NCBI GenBank assembly: GCA_045597125.1
Contig: JAZODR010000021.1
Location: 22,062-86,061 of the forward strand
Direction of reading: 5' to 3'
Source of the DNA: Eubacteriales bacterium
GTDB taxonomy: Bacteria > Bacillota > Clostridia > Oscillospirales > SIG627
Length of the DNA stretch: 64,000 nt
Shown here in pieces: positions 8,403-17,198 of the stretch. The first letter of the stretch is position 1. Each line of letters begins with the position of its first letter. The position numbers and the translations under genes are program-made. The notes below the pieces were generated by a model. That model was not told the DNA's origin. It worked only from the letters and a program-made list of their open reading frames with translations, and ran no database searches.

Positions 8403-10460
8403 ATGGCTGAACAAAGTAAAGCAAAAAAACAGGTGGAATACAATGACCAAAGTATATCCAGTTTAAAAGGGGCGGAACGCGTCCGTAAAAGACCGGGCGT
8501 TATTTTTGGCTCCGATGGATTGGACGGTTGCTCCCACTCGTTTTTTGAGATTCTCTCGAATTCTATTGACGAAGCGCGAGCAGGCTACGGTGATGCTATC
8601 TATGTGACGGTAACCAAGGATCACGTGATCACCGTAGAGGATTTCGGCCGCGGTATCCCCTTGGACTGGAATGAAAAAGAGGGAAGATATAACTGGGAAT
8701 TGATTTTTTGTGAAATGTACGCAGGCGGTAAATATGACAATGCCTCAGGTGGTGCATATCAGTATTCTCTCGGTTTGAACGGTTTGGGTGCTTGTGCTAC
8801 TCAGTATAGCTCGGAATTTATGGATGTTGAGGTGCGCACTAAGACTGCCCGCTATGAAATTCATTTTAAGAAGGGTGAAGTATCGGGGGATCTGATTAAG
8901 GAAGAGGAAGCTCATCGCCGTACCGGTACAACCATTACTTGGCGCCCCGATCTTTCTGTGTTTACGGAAATTGCCATACCCGAGGAGTATTTTACGGATG
9001 TAATGCACCGTCAGGCGGTGGTTAACGGGGGCCTGAATCTTCATTTGAAATTTCAGAAGGATGACGGTACCTGGAACGAGTATCACTATTTCTATAAAGA
9101 GGGAATCTGTGATTATGTCCGCCAAAATGCAGGTATCAACGAATTCAATGAAGTGGTTGCCGAGGAGGGAAAGGTTGGCACTTTGACCGATCTTGTATTC
9201 TGGGAAGGCACCAAGCGCGGTCGCGATCGCGAGGATAAAACGGAATATGATGTGGAAATTACCGTCGCATTTCTTTTTTCTGCTCAGAGGCAACTTTTGG
9301 AGTATTATCATAATTCCAGTTGGCTGGAGCATGGCGGAAGCCCCGAAAAAGCGGTAAAATCCAGCTTTTTGCGGGCGGTGGATGCGTATCTGAAGAATTC
9401 GGGAAAATACAATAAAAATGAGGCGAAAATTACGTTCCAAGACGTAGAAGATTGTTTGATTTTGGTAACAAACTGCTTCTCTAACGAGGCATCCTTCTCT
9501 GATCAGACCAAAAAGAAGGTAACCAATAAGTTCATTGCAGATGCCATGACGGAATTTTTCGATGAGAAGCTGGAAATCTACTTTGCGGAAAATCCCGCAG
9601 AGGCGGATCGCATTGCCCAGCAGGTGCTGATCAACAAGCGAAGCCGTGAAAATGCGGAAAGCGCCCGAGTCAATATCAAAAAGAAACTTGCGGGCGCGGT
9701 GGATGTGACCAATCGCATTGAAAAGTTTGCCAATTGCCGTTCCAAGGATAAGGAAAAACGCGAGCTTTACATTGTAGAGGGTGATTCTGCATTGGGAAGC
9801 TGTAAGCTGGGCAGGGATGCGGAATTTCAGGCGATTATTCCTGTTCGCGGAAAGACGCTGAACTGCTTGAAATGCGGATATGACCGTATTTTTAAGAGTG
9901 AAATCATCGTAGATTTACTGCGTATCATCGGATGCGGTGTGGAGATCGGCAAGGGGCAGAAGGGTCTTGCGGAATTTAATTACGACAATCTCAAGTGGAG
10001 TAAGATTATTATCTGTACCGATGCGGATGAGGACGGTTATCAGATTCGCACGTTGATTTTGACTATGTTCTACAGGCTTCTTCCTACTCTGATTCAAAAG
10101 GGAAAGGTGTATATTGCTGAGTCCCCTTTGTATGAAATTACTTGCAAGGGTAAGAAAAAGGATGGGGAAGAGGAGATTTTCTTTGCCTATGATGAAAAGG
10201 AAAAGGCGAAGATTTTGGCTGAATTGTCAGATCGCAAATATACCATTCAGCGCTCTAAGGGTCTGGGTGAGAATGAGCCTGATATGATGCGGCGTACAAC
10301 CATGGATCCTGCTACCCGCCGACTGGTACAAATTATGCCTGAGGATGAATTTGTCACCCGTGAAATGTTTGAGATTCTTCTGGGAGACGATTTGGAGGGA
10401 AGAAAACGCTATATTTCCGAAAACGGGCATCTTTATATTGATATGGCGGACGCGTATTGA
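8403..10460 (+). CDS. Type IIA DNA topoisomerase subunit B (GyrB/ParE family, divergent)
   Basis: AERVRKRPGVIFGS, EILSNSIDEARAGYG (GHKL ATPase N-box), Toprim ELYIVEGDSALGS and ICTDADEDGYQIR. ATG 8403 follows GGAGA. No A-subunit gene is adjacent. Confidence 0.8.
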   Translation: MAEQSKAKKQVEYNDQSISSLKGAERVRKRPGVIFGSDGLDGCSHSFFEILSNSIDEARAGYGDAIYVTVTKDHVITVEDFGRGIPLDWNEKEGRYNWELIFCEMYAGGKYDNASGGAYQYSLGLNGLGACATQYSSEFMDVEVRTKTARYEIHFKKGEVSGDLIKEEEAHRRTGTTITWRPDLSVFTEIAIPEEYFTDVMHRQAVVNGGLNLHLKFQKDDGTWNEYHYFYKEGICDYVRQNAGINEFNEVVAEEGKVGTLTDLVFWEGTKRGRDREDKTEYDVEITVAFLFSAQRQLLEYYHNSSWLEHGGSPEKAVKSSFLRAVDAYLKNSGKYNKNEAKITFQDVEDCLILVTNCFSNEASFSDQTKKKVTNKFIADAMTEFFDEKLEIYFAENPAEADRIAQQVLINKRSRENAESARVNIKKKLAGAVDVTNRIEKFANCRSKDKEKRELYIVEGDSALGSCKLGRDAEFQAIIPVRGKTLNCLKCGYDRIFKSEIIVDLLRIIGCGVEIGKGQKGLAEFNYDNLKWSKIIICTDADEDGYQIRTLILTMFYRLLPTLIQKGKVYIAESPLYEITCKGKKKDGEEEIFFAYDEKEKAKILAELSDRKYTIQRSKGLGENEPDMMRRTTMDPATRRLVQIMPEDEFVTREMFEILLGDDLEGRKRYISENGHLYIDMADAY

Positions 10461-11092
10461 TGGAGTTTTATCGCACGGTACGCGGCTTTGCGGAAAGCCG
10501 CTTTACGGAAAAGAAAAGTGAATTTATCGGCTGGGTAAAGCCCTGTGACAGTTGGGAGGAGGCGAAGGCCTTCGTAGAGGAAGCGCGAAAGGCGTTTCCC
10601 GATGCCAGGCACTACGTTTCTGCCTTTATCAATAAAGAGGGCAATATTCAGCGTTTTGATGATGACGGCGAACCCAAGGGCACGGGAGGGATTCCGATGC
10701 TGGAGGTTTTGAAAAAGGAAGAGATTACCGGCGCAAGCGTGGTAGTGACCCGTTATTTTGGCGGTATTTTGCTTGGTGCGGGAGGACTTTCGCGCGCCTA
10801 TGCGCGCGGTGCGCGGGATGCGGTGGCAGCGGCGGGAATTTGCCGTTATTCACGTTTTTTAAAGGGGAAGATCACGGTGCCGTATCCTCTTTATTCCAAA
10901 GTGGAATTTGAATTGAATGCGAGAAATTACCGCTTGACGGGAAAGGAATTCGGTGAGGGCGTTAATTTGTTTCTCTTGGTTTCCCAAAAGGAGAGAGAGG
11001 GATTGGAAGCGCTTTTGGGCGACCTTTCCGGCGGTAAAATGAAACTTGAAATTGTAGGTGATACTTTTGCCGAGGACCGGGATGATGCTTGA
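10460..11092 (+). CDS. yigZ: YigZ/IMPACT-family protein (UPF0029)
   Basis: KKSEFIGWV, ARHYVSAF, DDDGEPKGTGGIPML and VVVTRYFGGILLGAGGLSRAY are the IMPACT N-domain motifs. The ATG overlaps the upstream TGA by 1 nt. Confidence 0.8.
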   Translation: MEFYRTVRGFAESRFTEKKSEFIGWVKPCDSWEEAKAFVEEARKAFPDARHYVSAFINKEGNIQRFDDDGEPKGTGGIPMLEVLKKEEITGASVVVTRYFGGILLGAGGLSRAYARGARDAVAAAGICRYSRFLKGKITVPYPLYSKVEFELNARNYRLTGKEFGEGVNLFLLVSQKEREGLEALLGDLSGGKMKLEIVGDTFAEDRDDA

Positions 11093-11519
11093 GATTGGCT
11101 GTTATAAATTGGAAGTATTTCCCGAGGAAACAAAAAAAGAATATGAAGCTCTTTCCGGCGGTGATACGGATGATGTGGCGGTGCGTTTTTTTCGCCATTT
11201 GATGAAACGCGCGCCTAAGGAAACGGTAAATTTTTTGGAGGGCTTGGGAATTAATCCTATGAAGATTCCCCTTGCAAGGCCTTTGACTGAGCCTGATGAA
11301 AACGGAGAGATTCTTTATTTTGCTTGTGCTCCGCTGTGCGCTCGAATCCTTGCAGATGGAGATGAATCGCCTCGGCAAAGCGAAGAAATTGCAGGGATTA
11401 GCGTAATATTTGTGAGAGAGCGGGATGCTTTTTCGCCTTCTTTGCCTATTTTTCCCAATGGTGCGGAGCTGAGATTTGTGATTCCGTTCTCTTTTGATGC
11501 TACTTTTTTTGAGCAATAA
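11082..11519 (+). CDS. Hypothetical protein, translationally coupled to yigZ
   Basis: ATGATG at 11082 overlaps the yigZ stop (11090-11092). I recognise no family. Confidence 0.4.
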   Translation: MMLEIGCYKLEVFPEETKKEYEALSGGDTDDVAVRFFRHLMKRAPKETVNFLEGLGINPMKIPLARPLTEPDENGEILYFACAPLCARILADGDESPRQSEEIAGISVIFVRERDAFSPSLPIFPNGAELRFVIPFSFDATFFEQ

Positions 11520-11618
11520 AAAAGCATCGCTGTATAAATGTAGTTCAAGTGTCTTAAGAGGGTTGCCAATGTGCGTCTATATCTTCTTGATATAATGTAC
11601 AATATTGGAGATGATTAA

Positions 11619-12465
11619 ATGAGAAATTTAATAATTGACAGAAAGTTTGCCGTGGCAGGTGGACTTGCAAAAATGAACGTTTTCATAGAAGATCCTAACT
11701 CGAGTGAGCTTATCTTACTAGACCGTCATTACAAAAAACTCGGAGATTTAAAAAACGACGAAGTCAAAACCTTTCAGGTTACCGAAGATGCGGCGAAAAT
11801 CATTGTAGTATCCGAACGAGAGGGAAGAAATGCACGTAGGGGATTTTATATGCTTGACCAAGGCACTGAGGACGTGGTGCTGAGCGGAAAAAACTATACT
11901 GGAAAAGGGTGGCCAATTCGTTTTTGATTTTGATGCGGAAAGCAGTCAAATCAATACACAAGCAATCAACAAACGCCATGTTATAAAGCGTTGGTTTGTA
12001 CGTGTGCTTATTATGGTGCTTTGCGTACTTGTGTTGCGCTCTTGCAAGACGGAGCCAAAGACCTTTACTGCAGGGGATCTTAATATCACCCTGACTACTG
12101 CCTTTGAGAGAGAAGACGATGAGGAGGTTTTGGCGAAGTTTGAATCAAGGAAAGTGAATGTGTATGTTCAAAAAGTGGTGCATATTTTTGATAAGGACTT
12201 AAGAAGCCTCTCAGCTGAGGAATATGCCGAATGGATGGCGGAATATAGCGGCGTTAATGCTAACATAACAAAAAACTCAAACGGTTGGGTTACGTACGAC
12301 TATGAAAAAGACGTCGGAACAATCTACGCCTCGCATCATTTTGTGTATGTTTTTAAAACCACGAACACTTTTTGGCTTGTGGAGTTTGCAACTCCGAACA
12401 AATACGCCGATGATTGTGGAGATGACATTGAGCAATGGGCAAACTCGCTGGAATTTAATAAATAA
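11619..12465 (+). pseudogene. Frameshift-split gene for a single-pass membrane protein (ORFs 11619-11927 and 12004-12465)
   Basis: The second ORF has only a GTG start and no SD. Its frame is open back to 11884 and overlaps the first ORF. Removing one A from the A6 run at 11888-11893 fuses the two into one ~280-aa protein: soluble domain, TM segment WFVRVLIMVLCVLVL, then a C-terminal domain. Confidence 0.45.
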
Positions 12466-12592
12466 TGGCTCTATAACAAATGTTGGGGTAATCAAGTAGA
12501 GGCTTGCGAAAAAAATGAATAAAACAAAAAACACCCATAGGGTTGTGTACTGCCCCACAGGCAGCCATCGTAAACAAGCAGTATAATAATTG

Positions 12593-12622
12593 ATCCCCTC
12601 GGATTGCTCCGAGGGGATTTTT
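12593..12622 (+). terminator. Rho-independent terminator
   Basis: ATCCCCTCGGA-TTGC-TCCGAGGGGAT followed by TTTTT. Confidence 0.7.
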
Positions 12623-12629
12623 CTACTTG

Positions 12630-12658
12630 TTGAATTTTAAAGTCAAAAGTGTTATAAT
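12630..12658 (+). promoter_or_regulatory. Sigma-A-type promoter for the P-loop kinase gene
   Basis: TTGAAT (12630-12635), 17-nt spacer ending in TGT, TATAAT (12653-12658). Confidence 0.55.
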
Positions 12659-12685
12659 CAATTAAATAAACAAGAATTTTTAAGG

Positions 12686-13207
12686 ATGAGAACAATGATT
12701 ATTTTAATCGCGGGAGCATCACATACCGGCAAAACCGCACTTGCTCAAAAACTGCTTGAAAAATATAAATACCCGTATTTGTCTATTGACCATTTGAAAA
12801 TGGGGTTGATTCGAAGCGGTAACACAGAGCTTACTCCAATGGATGATGACGACCTAACGGTATATCTTTGGCCTATTGTTCGTGAAATGATAAAAACTGC
12901 GGTTGAAAACAAACAGAACCTAATTGTTGAGGGATGTTATATTCCTTTTGATTGGGAAAAAGATTTTTCAAGAGAATACCTCGATAACATCCAATATTAT
13001 TGCCTTATAATGAGCGAGAACTACATTAGTAATCATTTTGTAGATATAAAGAGATATGCAAACACTATCGAAAATCGGTTAGATGATGAATGGTGTACAT
13101 TGGAAAGTGTGTTGGCAGATAATGCACAGGTTTTAGAGCTTGCTCAAAAGCATAAGGTTAACTATATCCTTATTGATGACAAATACGAGGTAGATATTGA
13201 TTTATAA
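12686..13207 (+). CDS. P-loop NTPase/small-molecule kinase-like protein (2-phosphoglycerate kinase/AAA-like)
   Basis: MIILIAGASHTGKTALAQKLL is a Walker A motif (GxxxxGKT) at the extreme N-terminus of a ~170-aa protein. The start may be ATG 12695. Confidence 0.55.
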   Translation: MRTMIILIAGASHTGKTALAQKLLEKYKYPYLSIDHLKMGLIRSGNTELTPMDDDDLTVYLWPIVREMIKTAVENKQNLIVEGCYIPFDWEKDFSREYLDNIQYYCLIMSENYISNHFVDIKRYANTIENRLDDEWCTLESVLADNAQVLELAQKHKVNYILIDDKYEVDIDL

Positions 13208-13240
13208 TTCCCCTCTTTTGCGGATGGAAGGACAGGCTGT
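13204..13240 (+). repeat. Direct repeat copy 1 (ATAATTYCYCTCTTTTGCG...ACAGGC)
   Basis: Matches 13934-13970 at 26/37 positions, with a 17/19 core. In both copies the TAA stop of the preceding gene sits at repeat positions 2-4. Confidence 0.5.
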
Positions 13241-13399
13241 AATTAAATCTAAGTAATTAGATTTTGTAGGGACAGGCGTCCTTGACTGTCCGTTATAAAG
13301 AAAAAATTATCCCTCTCTCGAGAAATCGGCGGAGGGATTTTTGGTTAAACGTGTTGTGTTTATGGCTAATATATGATATAATAAATCAAAAATCAATTT

Positions 13400-13639
13400 A
13401 TGGTGGTACAAAAGTTGAATTCTCATAAAAGGAAAATGATTGCCCCGATAATTATCACAGTCATTATGATACTGTATTATATTGCGTATTTTGGATTTTT
13501 GATCTCTCTACTTGGCGGTTTTTGGAAATATGTTTTGGGTGCTATCCCGCTTGTTTTTTCGGTGATTATGGTTTGCATTTGTATAGAAAGAATAAATGAA
13601 ATAAAGAAAGGTGAAGAAGATGATATTAGTGAATACTGA
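13400..13639 (+). CDS. Small two-TM membrane protein
   Basis: 79 aa with two hydrophobic spans (IAPIIITVIMILYYIAYFGFLISLL, VLGAIPLVFSVIMVCICI). Its end overlaps the ybjQ-like start. Confidence 0.45.
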   Translation: MVVQKLNSHKRKMIAPIIITVIMILYYIAYFGFLISLLGGFWKYVLGAIPLVFSVIMVCICIERINEIKKGEEDDISEY

Positions 13640-13937
13640 TTACATCAGTGGCAAAGAGCTAGAAACACTCTCTCTTGTAAAAGGAAGTACCATTCAGTCA
13701 AAACACATAGGCAAGGATCTTGCGCAAAGTTTCAAGACATTAGTTGGCGGTGAACTGAAATCCTACAATGAAATGATGAACGAAGCCCGTGCGCTTGCCA
13801 CCAAAAGAATGGTTGCAGAGGCCGAAGAACTTGGCGCAGATGCAATTGTTAATATTCGTTATGCTTCTTCTGCAATTATGCAAGGTGCCGCAGAAGTGAT
13901 AGCGTATGGCACAGCGGTCAAATTTGTCAACAAATAA
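13620..13937 (+). CDS. YbjQ/UPF0145-family protein
   Basis: MILVNTDYISGKELETLSLVKG ... GGELKSY ... AEELGADAIVNIRY ... AYGTAVKF matches the YbjQ pattern. ATG 13620 has AAGGTG upstream. Confidence 0.75.
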   Translation: MILVNTDYISGKELETLSLVKGSTIQSKHIGKDLAQSFKTLVGGELKSYNEMMNEARALATKRMVAEAEELGADAIVNIRYASSAIMQGAAEVIAYGTAVKFVNK

Positions 13938-13970
13938 TTTCTCTCTTTTGCGTGCTGCAATACAGGCAGC
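13934..13970 (+). repeat. Direct repeat copy 2
   Basis: See 13204-13240. Confidence 0.5.
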
Positions 13971-14004
13971 TATCAGTTGTGAAAATACAGTATGAGACGA
14001 AATT

Positions 14005-14037
14005 AAAAGGAAGCACGAGAATTTCGTGCTTCCTTTT
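14005..14037. terminator. Bidirectional terminator between the ybjQ-like gene and the DD-carboxypeptidase gene
   Basis: AAAAGGAAGCACGA-loop-TCGTGCTTCCTTTT, flanked by an A-run and a T-run. Confidence 0.75.
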
Positions 14038-15378
14038 TCAGTGTTTGGGTTTGTGTAATTTTTTTCGGTGTAGGTATGCTGCTAAGCGAAGTAAGGGGAG
14101 GGTGACGAAGATGACCAGAAGCAGAAGGATGAAAAGGATGACGAAGACCATGTCTTCTCTGAAGATATTCGAAATTGCTTTGGCCGCGCCCTCTGCGCCT
14201 TTCTCCAGGGCAGATTTTGTCGTGATGGGCTTTCCGTTCCACGATATACATAAGGAGATTTCTTTTTCGATGGGCTCGGAATTAAAGGTGAAATTCAGAG
14301 AGCCGATTTTTTTGCCGTCTTTTATATCGTTGACGTGAAGCTCCTTAGGGAGATTTAGTTTGTAATGGGGTTCGGTATTTTTGCGAAGAAGCGCCGTTAC
14401 GTTTTCGTTTGCGGTGACGGAAACGGTTTCTTCGGAATCTGTCACGGAAAGGCGGGTGACCTCTTGCCCTTTTTCAAAGACCGTTTGCAAAGCGAAGTTT
14501 TCGTAAGCGTAGGAAAGCAGGGTATGAGTCTCGATTTCTGCCATATTGCCGGGATATTTTTTATTTCCGTCCAGATTTGCACCAATCAAAACAGAAACGC
14601 AGGACATACCGTCTTGTTCGCTGTAGGTGGCAAGGCATCTGCCTGCTTCATTGGTAAATCCGGATTTTCCGCCTACATAGCAGGGGAGGTAGTATTTTGC
14701 ACCCTCATTGTAACTGCGCACCGTATAGTTTAATTTGCGCTCGGCTGTTTTTTGGGTTGCGGGGATGGAGTAATCCCGCAGAGAAATAATTTCGCGGAAG
14801 GCGTCGTATTTCATTGCTTCCCGCAAAATGATTGCCATATCGCGGGGGGAAGAGTAGTGGTTGGGGTGATGCAGACCGTGTGCATTTTCGAAATGGGTGT
14901 TTTTTAGCCCCATTTTTTTAGCAGTATCGTTCATTTTTTGAATGAAACGGGAAATTTCTCCGTCGCCGAAATGCTCTGCTAAAAGGTCTGCCACATCGCA
15001 GAAGGATTCGATCATCAGTCCTGCCAAAAGATCGAATACCGTGAAAGTTTCGCCGCTTTTCAGAGCCATATGGACACCGCGGTCCTTAATGATATAATCA
15101 AACATAGACATACTGGTTACGGTGATGGTTTCTTCTTTTAAATTTTTGCATTCCTGCAGCACTACCAGCGCGGTCATAATCTTCGTCATGGAAGCGGGGA
15201 ACATACGGGCGTTTTCTGCTTTGGAATACAGAACCGTTTCGGTTTCCAGATTGATCAGATAGACACCTTGGGAATCCAAGGAAATATCATAAATTGGATC
15301 TTTTTCGGCAAAAACCGACAACGGGGCGCTGAAAAGAAAGAGAATCAACGCAAGGGTAAGTGAAAATATACGTTTCAT
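14038..15378 (-). CDS. D-alanyl-D-alanine carboxypeptidase (S11, PBP5-type) with a C-terminal membrane anchor
   Basis: Signal peptide, SMTKIMTA (SxxK), a later SGFTNEAG region and a C-terminal hydrophobic tail VFVILFILLLLVIFVTLPLL. Confidence 0.8.
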   Translation of the reverse strand: MKRIFSLTLALILFLFSAPLSVFAEKDPIYDISLDSQGVYLINLETETVLYSKAENARMFPASMTKIMTALVVLQECKNLKEETITVTSMSMFDYIIKDRGVHMALKSGETFTVFDLLAGLMIESFCDVADLLAEHFGDGEISRFIQKMNDTAKKMGLKNTHFENAHGLHHPNHYSSPRDMAIILREAMKYDAFREIISLRDYSIPATQKTAERKLNYTVRSYNEGAKYYLPCYVGGKSGFTNEAGRCLATYSEQDGMSCVSVLIGANLDGNKKYPGNMAEIETHTLLSYAYENFALQTVFEKGQEVTRLSVTDSEETVSVTANENVTALLRKNTEPHYKLNLPKELHVNDIKDGKKIGSLNFTFNSEPIEKEISLCISWNGKPITTKSALEKGAEGAAKAISNIFREDMVFVILFILLLLVIFVTLPLLRLAAYLHRKKLHKPKH

Positions 15379-15398
15379 AAAATCTTCAATTTCCTTTT

Positions 15399-16481
15399 TT
15401 ACATATCACGGTATAGCATAAAGCTTCTCCAAGCCTCCAAAAGCTGTTTGGAGGGGGAATCGGGCAGGGAAGCGAGAGCTTTTTCTGCCTCTGCCAGGTA
15501 AGAAGCGGCAAGGGAGCGGGTTTCTTCCAGACCTCGTTCCATCAAAATATTTCTCGCCTTCAGAATATCGTCTTCGTTCTTGGAGGAGCCAACCACGCGG
15601 CGGAGAAAAGCCTTTTCTTCTTCGGAGGCATTCTCATAAGCGGTCAGAAGGAGGATGGTGGGTTTTCCTTCGCGGATGTCGCTTCCGATGGGTTTGCCCA
15701 AGGTTTTTTCGGTAGAGGTGATTCCCAAAATATCGTCCTGCAATTGAAATGCCAGACCGCAAAGCTCGGCAAATTTTGCAAGGGACGCACAGAGGGGATT
15801 TTCGACATTGGGCTGACGGGAACCAATCAAAGCGCCGGATAAAGCGCTGATGGCGAAAAGCGCCCCGGTTTTTCCTGCCATCATCGTGGTAACCTCGTCT
15901 TTGGTTAGGCGATAGAAAGAGCCTTCGCCGTAGAGAACACCGTTTTTGGTATCAATGGTTTCTCCGCTGATAAGGAAGGGGCCGTAATTTCCCTCTAAAA
16001 GGGAAATAATCTTTAATGTAACGGAGGGCGGAACAAAGCCTGAATCGGAAAGCTGTGACAGGTAGGATATGGCAGCACTGTGCAAGGCATCTCCTGCCAA
16101 AAGGGCGGCGTCAAAACCGTATTCGGCTGCTTTTTCCGCTCCAAATTCGGCAAAGGAATCGGTGATAAGTTTATGGACTGCGCTTTTACCTCGACGGGTA
16201 TCGTCGTGGTCGATCATATCATCGTGAATCAGGGTCCAATTGTGATACAACTCTAAGGCAAGGGCGCACGGAGTGGCGGCTTCTTCGGCTTCTTTTCCGC
16301 CTAAAGCTCCTGCCGCAAGACGGCAAATGGCAGGGCGTAAGCGCTTTCCGCCACGCTCAAAATAGACAAAGGCTCCCTCGTGAAGCTCCGCCGGGGTCAA
16401 GGCATAGGGAGGATTCTTTTGGTAGTAGGAAAGAATGGTATCGCCGCTTTCCTTTAAATAAGAAAGAAGAAGCTTGTTCAT
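15399..16481 (-). CDS. Polyprenyl diphosphate synthase (trans-isoprenyl diphosphate synthase family)
   Basis: First Asp-rich motif LIHDDMIDHDDTRRG and second FQLQDDILG. Confidence 0.85.
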   Translation of the reverse strand: MNKLLLSYLKESGDTILSYYQKNPPYALTPAELHEGAFVYFERGGKRLRPAICRLAAGALGGKEAEEAATPCALALELYHNWTLIHDDMIDHDDTRRGKSAVHKLITDSFAEFGAEKAAEYGFDAALLAGDALHSAAISYLSQLSDSGFVPPSVTLKIISLLEGNYGPFLISGETIDTKNGVLYGEGSFYRLTKDEVTTMMAGKTGALFAISALSGALIGSRQPNVENPLCASLAKFAELCGLAFQLQDDILGITSTEKTLGKPIGSDIREGKPTILLLTAYENASEEEKAFLRRVVGSSKNEDDILKARNILMERGLEETRSLAASYLAEAEKALASLPDSPSKQLLEAWRSFMLYRDM

Positions 16482-16837
16482 CGGCTCAAAAGGAAATCAA
16501 TGTAATCCAGAACCATTTTTCTCTGACCCATTGAGAGGTTTTGAAATTTTTCATTGAATAATTCTCCGGAGCGAAAGGCATTGCCGGAGGGTTTTTTTTC
16601 TTCCGTTTCTTTATAAACGCCCGAGCAGAAGAGCAGATCATCCGCCGTGATGCCTCCTGCTGCGTTCTGAGCAATTTTATTGATGAGTTTGAGCCTGGGG
16701 GAATTTTCTTGCTGACCCAAGGCGAGTTTTCTCATCTGGATATAACTGATGTCGCTGTCCATGGCAAACTGTCGCCAGGAGCGATCTCCCTTTGCCTGTT
16801 CCAGCAAAAGAGAAAAGATGCGTTTGTTGAATTTCAT
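16478..16837 (-). CDS. XRE-family helix-turn-helix protein
   Basis: SWRQFAMDSDISYIQMRKLALGQ is HTH_3-like. ATG 16837 lies downstream of the promoter at 16872-16901, so the track start at 16912 is unlikely. The stop overlaps the next gene's ATG (ATGA). Confidence 0.6.
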   Translation of the reverse strand: MKFNKRIFSLLLEQAKGDRSWRQFAMDSDISYIQMRKLALGQQENSPRLKLINKIAQNAAGGITADDLLFCSGVYKETEEKKPSGNAFRSGELFNEKFQNLSMGQRKMVLDYIDFLLSR

Positions 16838-16871
16838 TGCGCGTCCGCCTTTATATTTTGATTCAATTGAT

Positions 16872-16901
16872 ATTATATCAGTAAAAGAGCACTTCTGGCA
16901 A
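16872..16901 (-). promoter_or_regulatory. Sigma-A-type promoter for the HTH/polyprenyl synthase/carboxypeptidase operon
   Basis: On the minus strand: TTGCCA, 18-nt spacer ending in TGA, TATAAT. Confidence 0.5.
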
Positions 16902-17198
16902 GAAAAAAACACAAACTTTTGTGAATAAAATAAAAATTTATTGTGTAATGAAACAGTTTATACAGTTTTTTAAAGAGAAATTTTGTATTAAAAAATATAT
17001 AATGAGTTTAGATAAATGTAGTATAAATCAAAGATTTCGAATATGAATAATAATCTTTTCTATAATATTTGTACAATTTAGACAAATTGTTTTTTGTATT
17101 TTTGGGGAATAAACATCTTTTCATCAGGGGGGAAATTTGTTAAAATGTATTCGTTTGATTATGCAGAGGGTTTCTGCGCATATTTTTAGGAGGAAAAA

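Noticed and set aside
12466-12592. Possible small RNA between the split membrane-protein gene and the terminator at 12593
   Set aside because: Only short hairpins are visible (for example CTGCC-CCACA-GGCAG), and I could identify no promoter or conserved motif. The stretch may simply be a 3' UTR.
13952-14338. 128-aa plus-strand ORF after the ybjQ-like gene
   Set aside because: It starts inside the direct repeat and terminator region and runs antisense through the C-terminal end of the DD-carboxypeptidase gene. It has no SD.
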